From assembly GCA_030295235.1 (NCBI GenBank), contig AP026141.1:248001-312000 (forward strand): a DNA stretch of 64,000 nucleotides. Direction: 5' to 3'. Position numbers and translations under genes: made by a program. Below, piece by piece: positions 24,173 through 34,184 of this stretch (its first letter is position 1; every line of letters starts with the position of its first letter). Below the pieces are notes generated by a model, which saw only the letters and a program-made list of their open reading frames with translations, searched no databases and had not been told where the DNA came from. Source of the stretch: Fistulifera solaris (lineage: Eukaryota).

Positions 24173-26218
24173 ATGAAGCACCACTGCAGCGTTGTGGCAG
24201 CTTTGCTGCTGGCCACAGTATGTTCCACCAGCATTGGACGCATTGAAGCTCAACTAACGGAGGACCTCGTGTCGACCTTTCCGAGTGATGTGCCCTCAGA
24301 CTATCCTAGTTCATTCCCAAGCACGGCACCCAGCACAGCGCCGAGCCCGGTTGAGGACCTTGGAGAGGACGAATTTGGTGAAGAATCGATTGGAGAGGAG
24401 CACTCGATCCCTTCCATGCCCCCTAGTAGCGCCGACGACGATAGCGTGCTTCCCGAGAGTGTCGCAACTCCGAGTCCGACACCAGAGGGTACCTACGAAA
24501 TAAGCACCGGGAGCGAAGAATTTTTTGGTCATCATAGTCGTCACGATCGTCACGATGGTCATGACGGTGGCCATGATGGTGGTCACGACGGTCACGATGG
24601 TCATGACGGCCATCATGATGATGACGACGACTACAGCTCATCGGGTAAAGGAAAGAAAGGCAAAGGAGGCAAAGGAGGAAAGGGAGGAAAAGGAGGAAAA
24701 GGAAGTTCTTCTTCTGGAAAGAAAGGCAAAAGGGTTAGAAACCGAAAGCTTCAATCAAACCACGGCTCGCGTAAAGCCCAAATGCAACAGCTCGAATCGC
24801 GCGAGCTACAGGTTGCCTTACTTGAGAAAATTTACAATCGCTTCCCGTTCCTTCGTATGGTCGGTGATGCCGTCATCTCGCAAATTGCCGTAGAGCTCGA
24901 TGAACTGATTGGTGAAGAAGCGTCGGATGTCCCATCGGATATGCCCAGCGACGCCCCTTCGGACATGCCTTCGGATGCGCCATCGGCCATTCCCGATGCC
25001 CTGGCAAATTTGGCCACGACAAAGTCGAAGAAGGGAAAACGACGTGTGCTTCAGTCCAACAGTGTGTCGTCGCGAAAGGTTGTGTCGCGTCAGCTTCAAC
25101 TGAGAGGAATCCAATCGCGAGAGCTTCATATTCCGCCCATCATGCTCAAACTGTTCGACAGATTCCCGTTTCTTTATCGATTCTATGATGAAACCGACGG
25201 AACGTTTAATTTTAAAAACTTTGAGTTTGACTTTGGGGAAACTTCGGTGTCGGATATGCCAAGCGATGCCCCTTCGGATCTTCCAAGCTTCTTTCCCAGT
25301 GATGTCCCTTCAGATGTCCCTAGCATGTACCCCAGCGATGTTCCTTCGGATGTCCCCAGCATGTATCCCAGTGATGTCCCCTCGGATGTCCCCAGCATGA
25401 TGCCTAGCGATGTTCCAAGCTTGGCACCTTCGGATGCGCCAAGCATGATGCCAAGTGATGTCCCCAGCATGGCTCCGTCTGATCTTCCCAGTGTTGTACC
25501 ATCGGCATGGACCGACAAACAATTCCAACTTCCAGAAGGCTACGAAGTATGTGGTTTATCGGAAGCAGTTGACTTTGATTCCTTGCACAATATTGCCGTC
25601 TCCTACCTGTTCGAGCTAAGTATTTACACTACTGCCTCGATTGAAACCGTGCAAAGTGAAGTGGATAACCTTCTCCGTCAAGAAATCTTGGATAGCACAT
25701 GTCACGACGGTGCCGATCGTGACACCGGTGCCGCCCGTGTACATGCCATCTCGACGGGTTTAACAGGAATGGAAGCGGATCATTGCGGTACGCACTGCTA
25801 CATCATGCTCGGTGAAGTTTCGCTTTTGGTCGATCCTACTTCCGAGGAGGACTACAAGCGATTTTACTGCGAAGCCTACAAGGTTGTACATGATGCCATC
25901 AAAGAAGAAACCATTACACTTGTTCCTGGAACCGAGCGATCGGTGTTCCTTCGTGATACTCCCAATCTTTCTGAAGAATGCACGTTTACGGAACCATTGG
26001 TTGTTTCGGAAGTTGATCAACAGAACGCCCCAGATGGCAGCGAAAAAGTACTTTCCGTCGAAGCGGACAATTCTCTACCCGTTTGGGCGTTTGCAGCCGG
26101 TGTTGGTTCCATCGTCTTTGCCATCGCTGGAGTTTTTGCGTACAAGAATACCCGAGGGCGTAGCAACGACGCCAGTGAAGATAGCGAAATCTCACAAGAA
26201 CCTTCCTCGGAACCCTAA
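24173..26218 (+). CDS. Type I membrane polyprotein-like protein with PSDxPS repeats, His/Asp tract, Lys-Gly tract and multiple RXL sites (cluster member 3)
   Basis: Signal peptide; (HDG)n; SSSGKGKKGKGGKGGKGGKGGKGSSSSGKKGK; RKLQ, RELQ, RVLQ, RQLQ, RELH; CGTHCYIMLGEV; TM WAFAAGVGSIVFAIAGVFAY. Confidence 0.85.
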   Translation: MKHHCSVVAALLLATVCSTSIGRIEAQLTEDLVSTFPSDVPSDYPSSFPSTAPSTAPSPVEDLGEDEFGEESIGEEHSIPSMPPSSADDDSVLPESVATPSPTPEGTYEISTGSEEFFGHHSRHDRHDGHDGGHDGGHDGHDGHDGHHDDDDDYSSSGKGKKGKGGKGGKGGKGGKGSSSSGKKGKRVRNRKLQSNHGSRKAQMQQLESRELQVALLEKIYNRFPFLRMVGDAVISQIAVELDELIGEEASDVPSDMPSDAPSDMPSDAPSAIPDALANLATTKSKKGKRRVLQSNSVSSRKVVSRQLQLRGIQSRELHIPPIMLKLFDRFPFLYRFYDETDGTFNFKNFEFDFGETSVSDMPSDAPSDLPSFFPSDVPSDVPSMYPSDVPSDVPSMYPSDVPSDVPSMMPSDVPSLAPSDAPSMMPSDVPSMAPSDLPSVVPSAWTDKQFQLPEGYEVCGLSEAVDFDSLHNIAVSYLFELSIYTTASIETVQSEVDNLLRQEILDSTCHDGADRDTGAARVHAISTGLTGMEADHCGTHCYIMLGEVSLLVDPTSEEDYKRFYCEAYKVVHDAIKEETITLVPGTERSVFLRDTPNLSEECTFTEPLVVSEVDQQNAPDGSEKVLSVEADNSLPVWAFAAGVGSIVFAIAGVFAYKNTRGRSNDASEDSEISQEPSSEP

Positions 26219-26517
26219 AAAAGGCCAAATGCACAGTTCTCTGTTCTCGTCGTCTAGTTGACAATCTAAATCGTTAGAAAAAATGCATGTTATCATTTTG
26301 AAACTCTTTTGTTTGTTTATTCTTTTTTAGAATGAAGCGTATCATCAAGTTACAGAATGTTTCATAGGCCGATAGAAGGAAATATTATGAGAGCTAAAAA
26401 AGTTGAGTACCGTTAAGAGTTTGACGTTTTATTCCAAGATTTTGCTCACGGCGCAAAAGGCGAAAATCTTTGTCGTTCCTGATGTAACCGAAGGCATTCG
26501 AAAGCGCAACAAGTATT

Positions 26518-27498
26518 ATGACACGAAGAAGCGAAACTCCGTTTTATTTGCCTCTTGCGAGCTGGATCACGGCATCGTTGCTGGCTTTGATCGCAAGCCG
26601 AGGGGTTGCGTTCTCTCCGTCACGCTTTGCGCGTCGACCATCAGTGAGAATGATTAGCACATCTTCTTTCGTAATTCACAACAACAACGACGACGTCAGC
26701 TCTTCGACCGATCTTTGGAAAACATTACTCGATCGCTTTCAAGGCGACTTTGATAACTACCAGCAAGTACTGCAGGATCGACAAGACGGACTCTATCCCA
26801 AAGAAGGAGGAGGCCATGAGCACATTCATTGTACACTGATACCCGTCACTGAACAGACTCGTTTAGCGGCCTTTTATTTTGATGGCATGCCGCAAGCCAT
26901 CTTTAGGTTCCGTTACTATCATTTGCAACCGGTCACCGAACAGAATTGTGTCGTGGCGGTCGATACGACCTTGTACACATTACACCCCCAATTGGAGGCG
27001 CAACTGCGATCGCTCTCTTTAGAGCCCATGCTTTGGCCAGATATATTTCGAAACTTTACCGATAATCGGATCAATTTACTACCCAATTGCGAGGTTCGAT
27101 GGACCTGGGAAATGGATCCAGTGCAACATGCGTATGCGGCTTCGTATCATTCAACCGATGAAGCGGCAGGGATACACGCCGTCATGGTGCACGGCCAAGC
27201 CATTGTGGACAGTCAAATGGCACCGGGAACGAAAATACTGATACAAGATCAACTCAGTCTGTGGGCGGACGAATTTTGGATTCATGATCGAGGGTACGAT
27301 CCGAATGACATGAGTAAGTTCATTTACGGAAATCAACTGGGAATACCGTATCGCTTGGATCGTGTGACCCGTATTGACCATGGAGACCGAAGAGTGACTT
27401 CGAATGATTTGCAATGGACATTGGGACCCTCGTTTCGTACCGAAATTATGTACAAGGAAAAAGTGGAAGCCGTAGGTGGTCCATCCGCCAAGCGATAA
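26518..27498 (+). CDS. Plastid-targeted CpcT/CpeT (T-type chromophore lyase)-like protein
   Basis: Presequence GVA-FSP; FQGDFDNYQQ, HEHIH, FRFRYY, WIHDRGYD, IYGN...PYRL. Confidence 0.7.
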   Translation: MTRRSETPFYLPLASWITASLLALIASRGVAFSPSRFARRPSVRMISTSSFVIHNNNDDVSSSTDLWKTLLDRFQGDFDNYQQVLQDRQDGLYPKEGGGHEHIHCTLIPVTEQTRLAAFYFDGMPQAIFRFRYYHLQPVTEQNCVVAVDTTLYTLHPQLEAQLRSLSLEPMLWPDIFRNFTDNRINLLPNCEVRWTWEMDPVQHAYAASYHSTDEAAGIHAVMVHGQAIVDSQMAPGTKILIQDQLSLWADEFWIHDRGYDPNDMSKFIYGNQLGIPYRLDRVTRIDHGDRRVTSNDLQWTLGPSFRTEIMYKEKVEAVGGPSAKR

Positions 27499-27538
27499 AA
27501 TTAATAAAATGGAGGCTATCATTCTTACTAACTAGCAA

Positions 27539-28508
27539 TTAATTCCATGGCAACCACCGCTTCCAAGTTCGTCGGCGTAGCTCAGTTTGCACTCTATTCA
27601 ATTCTTCTCTTACGTCATCCATAGAGCGTGTACTACCTTTGCGGATTTCGTCTTGCAATTGCACCAGTTCGTACTCCAGTCGTTGGCGTTCAATCTCCTC
27701 CCATGACGTAGCTGCTGCTGTACTTTTCTGTTTCTCGGGGATCATGGCGGGATCGACGACTTGCCACGATGACATGGCATAATGTGTCTGAAACAGGGGG
27801 GTCGTTTGGTGATACTTCATTGATAGAATCGCTGACGTTACTACTTTCATCACGGGCATCATCATCGACAAAGGTAATAACGGGAGAACCCGTCATAATT
27901 TCAAGTGCATCATCGTTTCGCATCCCCATGAGTGCCTCTCGAAGAGTTTCCGCTTTCGCTAATAAAGCTCCCGGAAGTATATGCTCTTTCATTTCCGTCG
28001 CCAATTGATAGGTCCCCATTTGTTCCGTGACGAAACCTACCTTGACGTGAATCTCCTGTTGATTCATTTTTTGTTTCTGTTGTTCTTGCGCACGTTCCGC
28101 AGCCGATAATTCATCGAGCAATCGGTATTCCTTTTCTGCATTATCACAATAACTGGCACTATGCAAATCTTCTTGACCGTAATGGGCACGGACCCATTTC
28201 ATAAACGCACTGGCTTCATCGTTCACCGGCAACAACGTGTCGCGCAAGGTCGGATTCGATGACACAAACCATAAACCAAAGTACGGAATCAATGTCCCCG
28301 CTGACACGTAAAAGAAACGAATCCAATTCTTCGGCCACGGCTTTTCGTCGGGAATAATCTTAGCTGTGACATCTGCAGTATTCTTTTGAAAGCGATGGGC
28401 ATGTTTGAGCCACAGTCGTCGCGAAACGACAACTTGCGAACTCATGTATCGATGATACGAAGGAAATACTGTTCTCGAAGACAGTCTTGATGCGGTCGAC
28501 GAAAACAT
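27539..28508 (-). CDS. Hypothetical mitochondrion-targeted membrane protein
   Basis: Arg/Ser-rich presequence MFSSTASRLSSR; one TM; C-terminal coiled coil in a second frame (indel near 27780). Confidence 0.6.
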
Positions 28509-28930
28509 GTCGATTAGTGCTTTAGATGATAATTGTATTCAAACAAGCTCAAATGCAATGGGCGCCATTATTATTTGTTTTGCCATCATCGCGTTTTTAT
28601 TACGTTCGTCGTGAACTACAAAAAATATTTTTCGTTCATTTTGCGTGTAGTCTGTCCGGCATACGTTGGTCTGTACGTAGTACGCTATTCCCACGATACA
28701 AGGGGACACTCCTCACACTTTGCTTCACTCACTTTAGTCGTGGTAGGACACGAAAAGATCTCGCCCTCATCGTCGTCGGAATAAAAGTTAAACGCAATAA
28801 CACACGCAACGATGAAAAGGCAAAGAAAGACGAAGTGATACAAACACAAAGAATAACAAAATAGTGGTTATCACAACCTACTCGTACTACAAATCAACAC
28901 AGAAGAGAGAATCGCGTCAACAAAACGAAA

Positions 28931-29520
28931 ATGACAAACAACACCGAAGCCTATCAGCTCAAAGACGCCGGCTTGGTGTCCGAACAAGCCATGGAATCCT
29001 TATTAATTGAACTTTCCAATTATGCCGCCAAATCATGTTTACCCAAGGAAGAAACTCCAACCGAAGAACAATTGACCATTGCGGCCGAAATGGCGGCCGC
29101 CAAATTAGAACGCATCGGCTGGACGGTCGGATACCGGTGGACGGAACGCTTGGCCCAACACAAAACGTGGAATGCCGTTGCGGCGGGCGACGAAGCAGCC
29201 GCCGTAGCCGCACAACAACTCGAGGCCGTCAAATTCTTGTGCAAGGAAGTGTGGATGGAAGTCTTTCGGAAGCAGATTGATAAATTGCAAACGAATCATC
29301 GGGGGGTGTTTGTATTAAAGGATCTGGATCTGAAATGGATGACGCGGTTCCCTGCCGGGCCCGAACACTCACGAGTTGCGGCCATTCGGTTTTTGGCGTT
29401 TCCCTGTGGATTGATACGGGGGCTTTGGCCAATTTGGGGATCCCCGCCGTGGTGTCGTGTGACTTTTTGGCGGATGGACAGAACATGTCGGCGTGTAGCT
29501 TTAATATTAAAGTCAAGTAA
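28931..29520 (+). CDS. TRAPPC6: TRAPP complex subunit 6 (Trs33)
   Basis: KLERIGWTVG, VKFLCKEVW..VFRKQIDKLQTNHRGVFVL, FPCGLIRG followed by ALANLGI after an indel near 29420. Confidence 0.93.
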
Positions 29521-29561
29521 TTAAAGATCTGTTGAACAAGATTTACTAAAGACTTTTCTTT

Positions 29562-30050
29562 CTATTTGTTCTTGCTGGAGCTTTTACATACTTCCACTGT
29601 TTCCGGTTTCACCAGCTTCTCGACCGTTCGTTGTGTAATGGGTTCGACATGAGTCTGCTCAGCGCCTACCGTATGCTCGGGCTTTATTTTCACCTCTGTC
29701 GTATAAGAACAAAGAAGAATTTCAGATTTCAAAAAAAAGGGTGAGTTTTTCTTGCGTCCTTGCCGAACGAGCACACACAATAGTCTTTACGTACGATAAT
29801 TTCCCGTATCCTGGTTCAATTCACCCCGAACAATGTGATGCCGCAACATATCTTCGGCTTCATCCACCATGGTCAGTAAGCCTTCAAAATGATCTCCCAC
29901 GGTAGGAACTGCCTTGTTCTTGACGAATTCGGCCTTGATCGCCAGTCGACTTTCCTCCATGGCACGGTGATCTCCGGCAAACAGATTTTTGCGGGCGCGG
30001 AACAGTCGACGATATCCGGATAAGACACGGGCTTTCGGTGCGAGTGACAT
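29562..30050 (-). CDS. LYR-motif protein, LYRM7/Mzm1-like
   Basis: VLSGYRRLFRARKNLFAGD; intron 29696-29794 joins GNY to QVKIKPEH. Confidence 0.75.
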
Positions 30051-30604
30051 GGAGCTAGCGGTATCAAGGGTAAGAAAAAGGAAGACGGAGATGTAATCGG
30101 CAAAGAACGACTTCGGATAGTTTACAAAATTGTTGCAAGTAAAAAATAATGCGTCTTTTTCACGGTGAAAAATAATGGGGGCCTCCTTCAAACTTTGTCA
30201 TCCGGAAGATTCCAAATTCCCTTTGACCTAGGTAGCACTTGTAGCACGAACCTTATTGCACGCAAAATGCAAACCGCAAGGTGACAAATAAATAGAGGCG
30301 CTAGAGGTACGGTACGGGATGGTACCGGTATAAATAGGTTAGATATTAAGTACGGTGCCCCGTCATAGCATCTATATCTGATCTATGGGGGAATCTATCA
30401 AGCTCGTTGTTAAAAGTCAAAGCAGCTTTTCTTTGCCAAAGAAGCCCCTTGTAACCAGTCCTGTAAAAAGTGACACAATCCGATCGCTGGAAATACATTC
30501 GTAAAGCTAAAGAGACCGAAAATATGGATGTATAGATAGATTAAGCTAATCCAAATTAGGTCGTCTCAAGTTTTATCGTGCAAAAAGTTGCATTGTAAAG
30601 TTGT

Positions 30605-31409
30605 TTAAGATGGGACCAGCGCGTAGACATCAAAAGAGTTGTACATAGCCGCCATCAATTCAGAGACATCCGATCGGAGATCGGTAAAAGGAAAAAATAG
30701 TTTCCAGGCTCTCCCATAGCTCGTTTTCGGAAGAATGGATTCGTGCATACGCGCCATTCGCGGCAAATTGTTGAGGACGCGGGTGGGTATCGATCAGTAC
30801 GCTTTTTGATCCTGGCGAAAGACACACGAGGACTGTTTCAGGGGTCTTTGTAATTAAACAAGCAACCCATCCGGAAGAGGATTCTCGTATACAACGGAGC
30901 ATTTCTGGTAAACCTAGCGGACTATTGCGGTCCTGCGACAGAATTCCTTGTCGAATGCCTCCCAATAGCTGCAGCTGAGGGAAAATGCCCTTTTCTATAA
31001 TTTCTTCGGCCGAAAGATGCTCCGTAGCGTTCTTTGAAAAATGCTGTTGATAGATTGCTATTCCGTTTTGAATGACTTCTTCCAGAAAAGAAGCGTTGAC
31101 GTGACTCACGTTGTCGTCATTGATTGTTGTGTTTCGCAAAAAGTTTCTAGCGGCAGATAAAGCCATGCAGGTGCAGGCCGACCGCCCATCCTCATACGAG
31201 TACTGGCTTGTATTCGAGTGAATCATTTGGATATTCGAAGAAGGAGAGGAATCATCCGTCCCTGCATCATTCGTTGCAATGCCGTTCATCAGGAGATAAT
31301 TCGCAGCATTTTCGACTTGTCCGTCGCAGACTCGGAGCGCCTCCGACGCAGCTTCTACAGAGAATCCTAACGCGGTCAGCAAGGAAATGGCATCATCTGT
31401 ATTCGACAT
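30605..31409 (-). CDS. UBA-domain protein with a putative papain-like (viral tegument-like) deubiquitinase domain
   Basis: UBA LTALGFSVEAASEALRVCDGQVENAANYLL; SQ...GRSACTCMA; LIDTHPR; C-terminus MYNSFDVY in another frame after an indel near 30690. Confidence 0.7.
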
Positions 31410-31711
31410 GGTTGCATGTTAAATGGCAAACAATAGAAACACATGACATCAAAATACTAAAGGCAATGTTTACTTACATTTGTCGTACCGGTAATTATCT
31501 ATTGCCAATATGCGTTCGGACTCCCTTGTGAGCTTTTTTAGTAGTTCCGCTCTCCAGAATGCCTTTCGTCAAACTAAACGATAATGAAAACTAGAGAGGA
31601 ATGGAAATTAGACCTTGGATTTATTTCGTTTAAATTTGTTATCGACAGGAGAGATCGACGCAACAATGCAACTTTTTACAATCAAAAGAATGGCACCAAG
31701 CCAGGGATAAA

Positions 31712-32617
31712 TCACCTCAAATCTTTTTTTTCTTCTTCATCTTCCTCGTCGTCGTGCGAAGTATCGTCCTGATTCTTGACGCCCTTGATTTTATTTCGCT
31801 TCATCATGGATGCCAACATCGGCTTGTCTTTCACAAAAAGATCGTGATAGTACGCGCCCTTACCACGTCCCTCTGTGATGCGTTGGAAGTCATACAAGTT
31901 GAGCTGTCTCTGAAAGCTCGAAAAGCGACTCATGCGGAAGTATTTCGGCATGATAGTTTTGACAAAATCACGCGGCTTGTGGATGGCGAAGGCCTTGCCG
32001 TGGGGAAGGAACGAAGCTATCTCGCGACCTCCTTCCTGTCGTTCCAATTCTTGAAGAATCTGATGGAGCTTTTGAGGGAAAGATCCGGAGCGTCCCTTAC
32101 GCTTGATCTCTGCAGGAGTTGGTTTGTGCAGGATGTTTCCTGCGTCTTGCTGCTCGCGAAGTTGTTGTGCTTGAAGAATCTTAGCGAGATCGCCCGCGTG
32201 ATTGGGAAGCGCGGATAAACCCACAACAGGATCTGGGATGGCGGCTGCTCTAAGAGCTGCCAGTCGATCTAGGGAGGTGTTGTCGATTGGGAAGTTTTGC
32301 GGCTGCTGACGTTGTTGAAGCAATAGTGCCAGTGCATCTACTGGTGACGGTGCAGCAAGAGAAGAAAGACCATTTGAATCTGCGCCCAGGAGAGCGAGCT
32401 GATGAATGAGCAAGGCTTTCTGCCGTTCTTCGACTTGTTGTTGAAGAACCAGCGAAGCGAGGATCGACGACATGTTGGGATTGGAGGATGAAAGTCCGAG
32501 GCTTTCGCTGCCCCCCAATCCGAGGTACGATTGACCGGGAAGGATGCCAGAGTTGCGGCTGAGCAGAGCGGAGAGCTCGGCAGAAATATTGTTTCGAATG
32601 TCCATGAGAAAAGGCAA
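31712..32617 (-). CDS. Heat shock factor family transcription factor with C-terminal HSF DNA-binding domain
   Basis: FPQKLHQIL...SFLPHGKAFAIHKP..F...IMPKYF...FSSFQRQLNLYDF; Q/L/S-rich N-terminus. Confidence 0.92.
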   Translation of the reverse strand: MPFLMDIRNNISAELSALLSRNSGILPGQSYLGLGGSESLGLSSSNPNMSSILASLVLQQQVEERQKALLIHQLALLGADSNGLSSLAAPSPVDALALLLQQRQQPQNFPIDNTSLDRLAALRAAAIPDPVVGLSALPNHAGDLAKILQAQQLREQQDAGNILHKPTPAEIKRKGRSGSFPQKLHQILQELERQEGGREIASFLPHGKAFAIHKPRDFVKTIMPKYFRMSRFSSFQRQLNLYDFQRITEGRGKGAYYHDLFVKDKPMLASMMKRNKIKGVKNQDDTSHDDEEDEEEKKDLR

Positions 32618-34184
32618 GCTCGGCTATTAAATTGCGCTGTGCGTGTTATGAATGTCAACCACAGCTTGTTGTTGTCGTTAGAGTTGGATGGCAGTTATGT
32701 CCAGCAGATGGTTCGGGCTTTGGTTCCGGCGGGGAAAAGTTACGAAGGCCGAAAGGTGCAAAAGTTCGGAGAACTTTTGCCACTTTCATTGCCCTCGCGC
32801 GTCCGGAGAACGCATCGGAAGTTCCAACTTCGTTTCGGTGTACACTCTTTTATATACACACAAGTAAACGCTTCACCAACTTCGCTCAACTTCTCCGACT
32901 TTTGTTCCTGACGCGTGCCGCGTTCCGATTCAGCGAAGAAGTGCGCTTAGAAATAAAGAAAATCAACAAACTTACGGGTAGGGATGGTGTAATCAGCGTC
33001 TCGAGTGAAAGCACAATATGAGTAAAAGTACTTTTAAAGCCATCCGAACAGCCTCCATCACCCCTCCAGAAGCGAAGACGTCCCAATTTTCTTCAAAATT
33101 CTACGAGTTAGAATTGAAGATTTACAGTGCATTTCGAAGTAGTGTTAACGAAAGGTCCAAAAGAAGAATTCTCTGTTTCTGAAAAAAGAAAAAAAGACCA
33201 AACCACTTTTTAGTTGTGGTACAAAAAGTTGAAAACAGAACACGAACTATAAACTATAAACTATAGCGTTAAATGTGCAGAAATGTTAGGGGGGAAGAAA
33301 AGTAGAAGAGTGAGTGAGTTGATTCAGTATCCAGTAAGAAGAGAGGAATAATAAGTAGTAAAGTACAAGTAATAAGAGTCATAAAACATAAAGAGGTCAT
33401 TTTCACGAATCCGAAATCCGAACCTCCTAAAGACGGAACCTCGAACCGCGAACCGATCATCGCTGAAATCTGAAATCGCAACCAAGGACCAAGGACTCTC
33501 TAGCTAGAGAGGGATCTCAGTTCTCTACTCTTATTATTTTTGTAGCTTTTGGCTGGGCTTTGGCCAAGCTCTGGTTAAGACGCACTCCAGCTCCAGCCTC
33601 CACCCTCCACCGCTCCCCTTTCCACTCTCCATGCCACAAGCCACAGTCACAAATTGTCGAAACAAGAGATGCCTCCAAGCTCCAAGTGCCAAACTCGGGC
33701 CACGGACCACGATTACGTACGTTTTTTCGTAAAATCAGAAACAAGCCGCTCCGAACTCTGGACATTGATATTCTCTCTGACATTTCATACATCGCACGTC
33801 ACACGTTTGAAGTCTCAGTTATGAGCTTGGACCTTGGACCTTAGACTTTTACACCGAGATTGTAAACTGTAAATACTGTAATGGTGTATAGTCTAGGGTC
33901 ATCATGGGAATCGATACCCGCTCTTCCTAGCCTTTTTAGCCTCTTTCCGCGACCTGGTAGGTCTATGGTCGCATAAAAACAATTCAAGAATTAGTCTGCC
34001 GACTGCTAATCTTTCTTTGAAGCCATAGACTGCAAAGAAGTTTTAAGATACTCCCTTTAAAGTAAACATAGTTGGAAAGCAACAGCTGAATGCAACAACG
34101 TGGTGCACCGCTCACTTTGAAAATAAATTAAAACTCTTTTGAGCTGAGCTCTAGTAGCATTGTTTCCAAAGGGATTACAAAGCG

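Noticed and set aside
25250..25500. 24-bp periodic repeats (also 22520-22810 and 53400-53620) as a CRISPR array or satellite
   Set aside because: They are in-frame peptide repeats (PSDVPSMx, TLAPAS) with synonymous variation, no unique spacers and no cas genes.
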